Part shown: piece after piece, positions 54,749 to 64,000 of the stretch | How the letters are laid out: each line of letters starts with the position of its first letter | Numbering within the stretch: position 1 is the stretch's first letter | Origin: Auanema rhodensis | Lineage: Eukaryota > Animalia > Nematoda | DNA: 64,000 bases | Direction: 5' to 3' | NCBI GenBank assembly: GCA_964057225.1 | Contig: OZ059894.1 | Coordinates: 2,914,001-2,978,000 of the forward strand | Translations under genes and position numbers: made by a program | Notes under the pieces: generated by a model | Told to the model about the DNA's origin: nothing | Database searches by the model: none | What the model saw: the letters and a program-made list of their open reading frames with translations, nothing else

Positions 54749-57700
54749 ATCATTTTTCAAACAATCATAACTAATTTTTGTATTAAGCGTTTTTCAATGT
54801 AGTATAGTGCATTCGATGCGGATTTTTAAGCTGCGTCGATCTGTGTTATCAGATTTGCGCTAGCTTAAAAATGCACCGAGATATCAACTGATATAAGTTC
54901 ACACTTATATCCTCGATTTTCACCCTGAAGAATTAATTTTTTCGTTGAATAACATTGTCCATCGTCTTTGCCTTGAAAAAAGGAATCTAAAAACATCTAC
55001 TTTTCGCTAAATTATTTTGAAATTTTTCGAACAAATTTTTGTCAAAATGTTTTTGGAAGCAATGTTGAGTGTACATGGAAACTCAACATACACTAATGCA
55101 TCATTTTTCAAACGATCATAACTTATTTTTGTATTAAGCGTTTTTCAATGTAGTATAGTGCATTCGATGCGGATTTTTAAGCTGCGTCGAGCTGTGTTAT
55201 CAGATTTGCGCTAGCTTAAAAATGCACCGAGATATCAACTGATATAAGTTCACACATATATCCTCGATTTTCACCCTGAAGAATTAATTTTTTCGTTGAA
55301 TAACATTGTCCATCGTCTTTGCCTTGAAAAAAGGAATCAAAAACCTCTACTTTTCGCTAAATTATTTTGAAATTTTTCGAAAAAATTTTTGTCAAAATGT
55401 TTTTGGAAGCAATGTTGAGTGTACATGGAAACTCAACATACACTAATGCATCATTTTTCAAACGATCATAACTAATTTTTGTATTGAGCGTTTTTCAATG
55501 TAGTATAGTGCATTCGATGCGGATTGTTAAGCTGCGTCGAGCTGTGTTATCAGATTTGCGCTAGCTTAAAAATGCACCGAGATATCAACTGATATAAGTT
55601 CACACATATATCCTCGATTTTCACCCTGAAGAATTAATTTTTTCGTTGAATAACATTGTCCATCGTCTTTGCCTTGAAAAAAGGAATCTAAAAACATCTA
55701 CTTTTCGCTAAATTATTTTTAAATTTTTCGAAAAAATTTTTGTCAAAATATTTTGGAAGCAATGTTGAGTGTACATGGAAACTCAACATACACTAATGCA
55801 TCATTTTTCAAACGATCATAACTAATTTTTGTATTAAGCGTTTTTCAATGTAGTATAGTGCATTCGATGCGGATTTTTAAGCTGCGTCGATCTGTGTTAT
55901 CAGATTTGCGCTAGCTTAAAAATGCACCGAGATATCAACTGATATAAGTTCACACATATATCCTCGATTTTCACCCTGAAGAATTAATTTTTTCGTTGAA
56001 TAACATTGTCCATCGTCTTTGCCTTGAAAAAAGGAATCTAAAAACATCTACTTTTCGCTAAATTATTTTGAAATTTTTCGAAAAAATTTTTGTCAAAATG
56101 TTTTTGGAAGCAATGTTGAGTGTACATGGAAACTCAACATACACTAATGCATCATTTTTCAAACGATCATAACTAATTTTTGTATTAAGCGTTTTTCAAT
56201 GTAGTATAGTGCATTCGATGCGGATTTTTAAGCTGCGTCGATCTGTGTTATCAGATTTGCGCTAGCTTAAAAATGCACCGAGATATCAACTGATATAAGT
56301 TCACACTTATATCCTCGATTTTCACCCTGAAGAATTGATTTTTTCGTTGAATAACATTGTCCATCGTCTTTGCCTTGAAAAAAGGAATCTGAAAACATCT
56401 ACTTTTCGCTAAATTATTTTGAAATTTTTCGAACAAATTTTTGTCAAAATGTTTTTGGAAGCAATGTTGAGTGTACATGGAAACTCAACATACACTAATG
56501 CATCATTTTTCAAACGATCATAACTAATTTTTGTATTAAGCGTTTTTCAATGTAGTATAGTGCATTCGATGCGGATTTTTAAGCTGCGTCGAGCTGTGTT
56601 ATCAGATTTGCGCTAGCTTAAAAATGCACCGAGATATCAACTGATATAAGTTCACACATATATCCTCGATTTTCACCCTGAAGAATTAATTTTTTCGTTG
56701 AATAACATTGTCCATCGTCTTTGCCTTGAAAAAAGGAATCAAAAACCTCTACTTTTCGCTAAATTATTTTGAAATTTTTCGAAAAAATTTTTGTCAAAAT
56801 GTTTTTGGAAGCAATGTTGAGTGTACATGGAAACTCAACATACACTAATGCATCATTTTTCAAACGATCATAACTAATTTTTGTATTAAGCGTTTTTCAA
56901 TGTAGTATAGTGCATTCGATGCGGATTTTTAAGCTGCGTCGATCTGTGTTATCAGATTTGCGCTAGCTTAAAAATGCACCGAGATATCAACTGATATAAG
57001 TTCACACTTATATCCTCGATTTTCACCCTGAAGAATTGATTTTTTCGTTGAATAACATTGTCCATCGTCTTTGCCTTGAAAAAAGGAATCTAAAAACATC
57101 TACTTTTCGCTAAATTATTTTGAAATTTTTCGAACAAATTTTTGTCAAAATGTTTTTGGAAGCAATGTTGAGTGTACATGGAAACTCAACATACACTAAT
57201 GCATCATTTTTCAAACGATCATAACTAATTTTTGTATTAAGCGTTTTTCAATGTAGTAAAGTGCATTCGATGCGGATTTTTAAGCTGCGTCGATCTGTGT
57301 TATCAGATTTGCGCTAGCTTAAAAATGCACCGAGATATCAACTGATATAAGTTCACACATATATCCTCGATTTTCACCCTGAAGAATTAATTTTTTCGTT
57401 GAATAACATTGTCCATCGTCTTTGCCTTGAAAAAAGGAATCTAAAAACATCTACTTTTCGCTAAATTATTTTGAAATTTTTCGAAAAAATTTTTGTCAAA
57501 ATGTTTTTGGAAGCAATGTTGAGTGTACATGGAAACTCAACATACACTAATGCATCATTTTTCAAACGATCATAACTAATTTTTGTATTAAGCGTTTTTC
57601 AATGTAGTATAGTGCATTCGATGCGGATTTTTAAGCTGCGTCGATCTGTGTTATCAGATTTGCGCTAGCTTAAAAATGCACCGAGATATCAACTGATATA

Positions 57701-58957
57701 AGTTCACACTTATATCCTCGATTTTCACCCTGAAGAATTGATTTTTTCGTTGAATAACATTGTCCATCGTCTTTGCCTTGAAAAAAGGAATCTAAAAACA
57801 TCTACTTTTCGCTAAATTATTTTGAAATTTTTCGAACAAATTTTTGTCAAAATGTTTTTGGAAGCAATGTTGAGTGTACATGGAAACTCAACATACACTA
57901 ATGCATCATTTTTCAAACGATCATAACTAATTTTTGTATTAAGCGTTTTTCATTGTAGTATAGTGCATTCGATGCGGATTTTTAAGCTGCGTCGAGCTGT
58001 GTTATCAGATTTGCGCTAGCTTAAAAATGCACCGAGATATCAACTGATATAAGTTCACACATATATCCTCGATTTTCACCCTGAAGAATTAATTTTTTCG
58101 TTGAATAACATTGTCCATCGTCTTTGCCTTGAAAAAAGGAATCTAAAAACATCTACTTTTCGCTAAATTATTTTGAAATTTTTCGAAAAAATTTTTGTCA
58201 AAATGTTTTTGGAAGCAATGTTGAGTGTACATGGAAACTCAACATACACTAATGCATCATTTTTCAAACGATCATAACTAATTTTTGTATTAAGCGTTTT
58301 TCAATGTAGTATAGTGCATTCGATGCGGATTTTTAAGCTGCGTCGATCTGTGTTATCAGATTTGCGCTAGCTTAAAAATGCACCGAGATATCAACTGATA
58401 TAAGTTCACACATATATCCTCGATTTTCACCCTGAAGAATTAATTTTTTCGTTGAATAACATTGTCCATCGTCTTTGCCTTGAAAAAAGGAATCTAAAAA
58501 CATCTACTTTTCGCTAAATTATTTTGAAATTTTTCGAAAAAATTTTTGTCAAAATGTTTTTGGAAGCAATGTTGAGTGTACATGGAAACTCAACATACAC
58601 TAATGCATCATTTTTCAAACGATCATAACTAATTTTTGTATTAAGCGTTTTTCAATGTAGTATAGTGCATTCGATGCGGATTTTTAAGCTGCGTCGATCT
58701 GTGTTATCAGATTTGCGCTAGCTTAAAAATGCACCGAGATATCAACTGATATAAGTTCACACATATATCCTCGATTTTCACCCTGAAGAATTAATTTTTT
58801 CGTTGAATAACATTGTCCATCGTCTTTGCCTTGAAAAAAGGAATCTAAAAACATCTACTTTTCGCTAAATTATTTTGAAATTTTTCGAAAAAATTTTTGT
58901 CAAAATGTTTTTGGAAGCAATGTTGAGTGTACATGGAAACTCAACATACACTAATGC

Positions 58958-61900
58958 ATCATTTTTCAAACGATCATAACTAATTTTTGTATTAAGCGTT
59001 TTTCAATGTAGTATAGTGCATTCGATGCGGATTTTTAAGCTGCGTCGATCTGTGTTATCAGATTTGCGCTAGCTTAAAAATGCACCGAGATATCAACTGA
59101 TATAAGTTCACACTTATATCCTCGATTTTCACCCTGAAGAATTGATTTTTTCGTTGAATAACATTGTCCATCGTCTTTGCCTTGAAAAAAGGAATCTAAA
59201 AACATCTACTTTTCGCTAAATTATTTTGAAATTTTTCGAACAAATTTTTGTCAAAATGTTTTTGGAAGCAATGTTGAGTGTACATGGAAACTCAACATAC
59301 ACTAATGCATCATTTTTCAAACGATCATAACTAATTTTTGTATTAAGCGTTTTTCAATGTAGTATAGTGCATTCGATGCGGATTTTTAAGCTGCGTCGAG
59401 CTGTGTTATCAGATTTGCGCTAGCTTAAAAATGCACCGAGATATCAACTGATATAAGTTCACACATATATCCTCGATTTTCACCCTGAAGAATTAATTTT
59501 TTCGTTGAATAACATTGTCCATCGTCTTTGCCTTGAAAAAAGGAATCAAAAACCTCTACTTTTCGCTAAATTATTTTGAAATTTTTCGAAAAAATTTTTG
59601 TCAAAATGTTTTTGGAAGCAATGTTGAGTGTACATGGAAACTCAACATACACTAATGCATCATTTTTCAAACGATCATAACTAATTTTTGTATTAAGCGT
59701 TTTTCATTGTAGTATAGTGCATTCGATGCGGATTTTTAAGCTGCGTCGAGCTGTGTTATCAGATTTGCGCTAGCTTAAAAATGCACCGAGATATCAACTG
59801 ATATAAGTTCACACATATATCCTCGATTTTCACCCTGAAGAATTAATTTTTTCGTTGAATAACATTGTCCATCGTCTTTGCCTTGAAAAAAGGAATCAAA
59901 AACCTCTACTTTTCGCTAAATTATTTTGAAATTTTTCGAAAAAATTTTTGTCAAAATGTTTTTGGAAGCAATGTTGAGTGTACATGGAAACTCAACATAC
60001 ACTAATGCATCATTTTTCAAACGATCATAACTAATTTTTGTATTAAGCGTTTTTCAATGTAGTATAGTGCATTCGATGCGGATTTTTAAGCTGCGTCGAT
60101 CTGTGTTATCAGATTTGCGCTAGCTTAAAAATGCACCGAGATATCAACTGATATAAGTTCACACTTATATCCTCGATTTTCACCCTGAAGAATTGATTTT
60201 TTCGTTGAATAACATTGTCCATCGTCTTTGCCTTGAAAAAAGGAATCTAAAAACATCTACTTTTCGCTAAATTATTTTGAAATTTTTCGAACAAATTTTT
60301 GTCAAAATGTTTTTGGAAGCAATGTTGAGTGTACATGGAAACTCAACATACACTAATGCATCATTTTTCAAACGATCATAACTAATTTTTGTATTAAGCG
60401 TTTTTCAATGTAGTATAGTGCATTCGATGCGGATTTTTAAGCTGCGTCGAGCTGTGTTATCAGATTTGCGCTAGCTTAAAAATGCACCGAGATATGAACT
60501 GATATAAGTTCACACATATATCCTCGATTTTCACCCTGAAGAATTAATTTTTTCGTTGAATAACATTGTCCATCGTCTTTGCCTTGAAAAAAGGAATCTA
60601 AAAACATCTACTTTTCGCTAAATTATTTTGAAATTTTTCGAAAAAATTTTTGTCAAAATGTTTTTGGAAGCAATGTTGAGTGTACATGGAAACTCAACAT
60701 ACACTAATGCATCATTTTTCAAACGATCATAACTAATTTTTGTATTAAGCGTTTTTCAATGTAGTATAGTGCATTCGATGCGGATTTTTAAGCTGCGTCG
60801 ATCTGTGTTATCAGATTTGCGCTAGCTTAAAAATGCACCGAGATATCAACTGATATAAGTTCACACATATATCCTCGATTTTCACCCTGAAGAATTAATT
60901 TTTTCGTTGAATAACATTGTCCATCGTCTTTGCCTTGAAAAAAGGAATCTAAAAACATCTACTTTTCGCTAAATTATTTTGAAATTTTTCGAAAAAATTT
61001 TTGTCAAAATGTTTTTGGAAGCAATGTTGAGTGTACATGGAAACTCAACATACACTAATGCATCATTTTTCAAACGATCATAACTAATTTTTGTATTAAG
61101 CGTTTTTCAATGTAGTATAGTGCATTCGATGCGGATTTTTAAGCTGCGTCGATCTGTGTTATCAGATTTGCGCTAGCTTAAAAATGCACCGAGATATCAA
61201 CTGATATAAGTTCACACTTATATCCTCGATTTTCACCCTGAAGAATTGATTTTTTCGTTGAATAACATTGTCCATCGTCTTTGCCTTGAAAAAAGGAATC
61301 TAAAAACATCTACTTTTCGCTAAATTATTTTGAAATTTTTCGAACAAATTTTTGTCAAAATGTTTTTGGAAGCAATGTTGAGTGTACATGGAAACTCAAC
61401 ATACACTAATGCATCATTTTTCAAACGATCATAACTAATTTTTGTATTAAGCGTTTTTCAATGTAGTATAGTGCATTCGATGCGGATTTTTAAGCTGCGT
61501 CGAGCTGTGTTATCAGATTTGCGCTAGCTTAAAAATGCACCGAGATATCAACTGATATAAGTTCACACATATATCCTCGATTTTCACCCTGAAGAATTAA
61601 TTTTTTCGTTGAATAACATTGTCCATCGTCTTTGCCTTGAAAAAAGGAATCAAAAACCTCTACTTTTCGCTAAATTATTTTGAAATTTTTCGAAAAAATT
61701 TTTGTCAAAATGTTTTTGGAAGCAATGTTGAGTGTACATGGAAACTCAACATACACTAATGCATCATTTTTCAAACGATCATAACTAATTTTTGTATTAA
61801 GCGTTTTTCATTGTAGTATAGTGCATTCGATGCGGATTTTTAAGCTGCGTCGAGCTGTGTTATCAGATTTGCGCTAGCTTAAAAATGCACCGAGATATCA

Positions 61901-63300
61901 ACTGATATAAGTTCACACATATATCCTCGATTTTCACCCTGAAGAATTAATTTTTTCGTTGAATAACATTGTCCATCGTCTTTGCCTTGAAAAAAGGAAT
62001 CAAAAACCTCTACTTTTCGCTAAATTATTTTGAAATTTTTCGAAAAAATTTTTGTCAAAATGTTTTTGGAAGCAATGTTGAGTGTACATGGAAACTCAAC
62101 ATACACTAATGCATCATTTTTCAAACGATCATAACTAATTTTTGTATTAAGCGTTTTTCATTGTAGTATAGTGCATTCGATGCGGATTTTTAAGCTGCGT
62201 CGAGCTGTGTTATCAGATTTGCGCTAGCTTAAAAATGCACCGAGATATCAACTGATATAAGTTCACACATATATCCTCGATTTTCACCCTGAAGAATTAA
62301 TTTTTTCGTTGAATAACATTGTCCATCGTCTTTGCCTTGAAAAAAGGAATCAAAAACCTCTACTTTTCGCTAAATTATTTTGAAATTTTTCGAAAAAATT
62401 TTTGTCAAAATGTTTTTGGAAGCAATGTTGAGTGTACATGGAAACTCAACATACACTAATGCATCATTTTTCAAACGATCATAACTAATTTTTGTATTAA
62501 GCGTTTTTCAATGTAGTATAGTGCATTCGATGCGGATTTTTAAGCTGCGTCGATCTGTGTTATCAGATTTGCGCTAGCTTAAAAATGCACCGAGATATCA
62601 ACTGATATAAGTTCACACTTATATCCTCGATTTTCACCCTGAAGAATTGATTTTTTCGTTGAATAACATTGTCCATCGTCTTTGCCTTGAAAAAAGGAAT
62701 CTAAAAACATCTACTTTTCGCTAAATTATTTTGAAATTTTTCGAACAAATTTTTGTCAAAATGTTTTTGGAAGCAATGTTGAGTGTACATGGAAACTCAA
62801 CATACACTAATGCATCATTTTTCAAACGATCATAACTAATTTTTGTATTAAGCGTTTTTCAATGTAGTATAGTGCATTCGATGCGGATTTTTAAGCTGCG
62901 TCGAGCTGTGTTATCAGATTTGCGCTAGCTTAAAAATGCACCGAGATATGAACTGATATAAGTTCACACATATATCCTCGATTTTCACCCTGAAGAATTA
63001 ATTTTTTCGTTGAATAACATTGTCCATCGTCTTTGCCTTGAAAAAAGGAATCTAAAAACATCTACTTTTCGCTAAATTATTTTGAAATTTTTCGAAAAAA
63101 TTTTTGTCAAAATGTTTTTGGAAGCAATGTTGAGTGTACATGGAAACTCAACATACACTAATGCATCATTTTTCAAACGATCATAACTAATTTTTGTATT
63201 AAGCGTTTTTCAATGTAGTATAGTGCATTCGATGCGGATTTTTAAGCTGCGTCGATCTGTGTTATCAGATTTGCGCTAGCTTAAAAATGCACCGAGATAT
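58958..63300 (+). repeat. 6-monomer block duplicated as a 7-monomer block
   Basis: M169 to M175 offset is 2104 (6 monomers), while the GATATGAAC marker at 60496/62950 has offset 2454 (7 monomers). M177 and M178 are the same CATTG plus deletion type. Confidence 0.8.
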
Positions 63301-64000
63301 CAACTGATATAAGTTCACACTTATATCCTCGATTTTCACCCTGAAGAATTGATTTTTTCGTTGAATAACATTGTCCATCGTCTTTGCCTTGAAAAAAGGA
63401 ATCTAAAAACATCTACTTTTCGCTAAATTATTTTGAAATTTTTCGAAAAAATTTTTGTCAAAATGTTTTTGGAAGCAATGTTGAGTGTACATGGAAACTC
63501 AACATACACTAATGCATCATTTTTCAAACGATCATAACTAATTTTTGTATTAAGCGTTTTTCAATGTAGTATAGTGCATTCGATGCGGATTTTTAAGCTG
63601 TGTCGAGCTGTGTTATCAGATTTGCGCTAGCTTAAAAATGCACCGAGATATCAACTGATATAAGTTCACACATATATCCTTGATTTTCACCCTGAAGAAT
63701 TAATTTTTTCGTTGAATAACATTGTCCATCGTCTTTGCCTTGAAAAAAGGAATCTAAAAACATCTACTTTTCGCTAAATTATTTTGAAATTTTTCGAAAA
63801 AATTTTTGTCAAAATGTTTTTGGAAGCAATGTTGAGTGTACATGGAAACTCAACATACACTAATGCATCATTTTTCAAACGATCATAACTAATTTTTGTA
63901 TTAAGCGTTTTTCAATGTAGTATAGTGCATTCGATGCGGATTTTCAAGCTGCGTCGATCTGTGTTATCAGATTTGCGCTAGCTTAAAAATGCACTGAGAT

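Larger units (their letters stand above)
1..64000 (+). repeat. Satellite DNA tandem array, 351-bp monomer, about 182.4 copies, head-to-tail, extends beyond both window ends
   Basis: ATCATTTTTCAAAC recurs at 1, 352, 703, 1054 and so on to 63867. I checked the register at many points (4211, 7721, 11231, 15441, 23511, 27021, 34041, 41061, 48081, 56151, 60711). 182x351 minus 16 one-base deletions equals 63866, matching the start of the last partial copy. No non-repeat sequence was seen. Confidence 0.99.
49511..64000 (+). repeat. Satellite variant domain C
   Basis: G92 returns at 49576. Private markers are C284 (CGAACAAAT, first at 50821), G187 (AATTGATT, first at 56337) and C260 (CGCCAAA), with clustered 350-bp monomers. 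Confidence 0.75.

Noticed and set aside
56251-56478. 75-aa minus-strand ORF (MYTQHCFQ...)
   Set aside because: It needs two chance SNPs (A241G and A187G) that remove stops in a single monomer. The F/K/N/I-rich composition is what translated A/T tracts give.
1-64000. CRISPR-like array of palindromic repeats with spacers
   Set aside because: The sequence between the hairpins is the same in every unit. There are no unique spacers and no cas genes.

Overview
The whole 64 kb window is one uninterrupted head-to-tail tandem array of an AT-rich (about 31% GC by my hand count) 351-bp satellite monomer. It holds 182 complete monomers plus a 134-bp partial copy starting at 63867, all in one orientation. 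I see no genes, RNA genes, transposon insertions, inversions or CRISPR spacers. The three ORFs in the track are by-products of single SNPs that remove stop codons in individual monomers. Monomers differ only by a small set of recurrent SNPs and by sixteen 1-bp deletions that give 350-bp monomers. Read as markers, these SNPs show three sequence domains (A about 352-33400, B about 33400-49510, C about 49510-64000) and a patchwork of local higher-order repeats with changing periods of 2, 3, 4, 5, 6, 7 and 8 monomers. The monomer itself contains four dyad-symmetry elements and one nearly invariant block. The best reading is eukaryotic (peri)centromeric or heterochromatic satellite DNA, probably from an invertebrate. 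I cannot name the species or family, and I find no supportable novel gene-based system. Mn means the n-th monomer; 'pos' means position within the monomer, numbered as in M1 (window 1-351).
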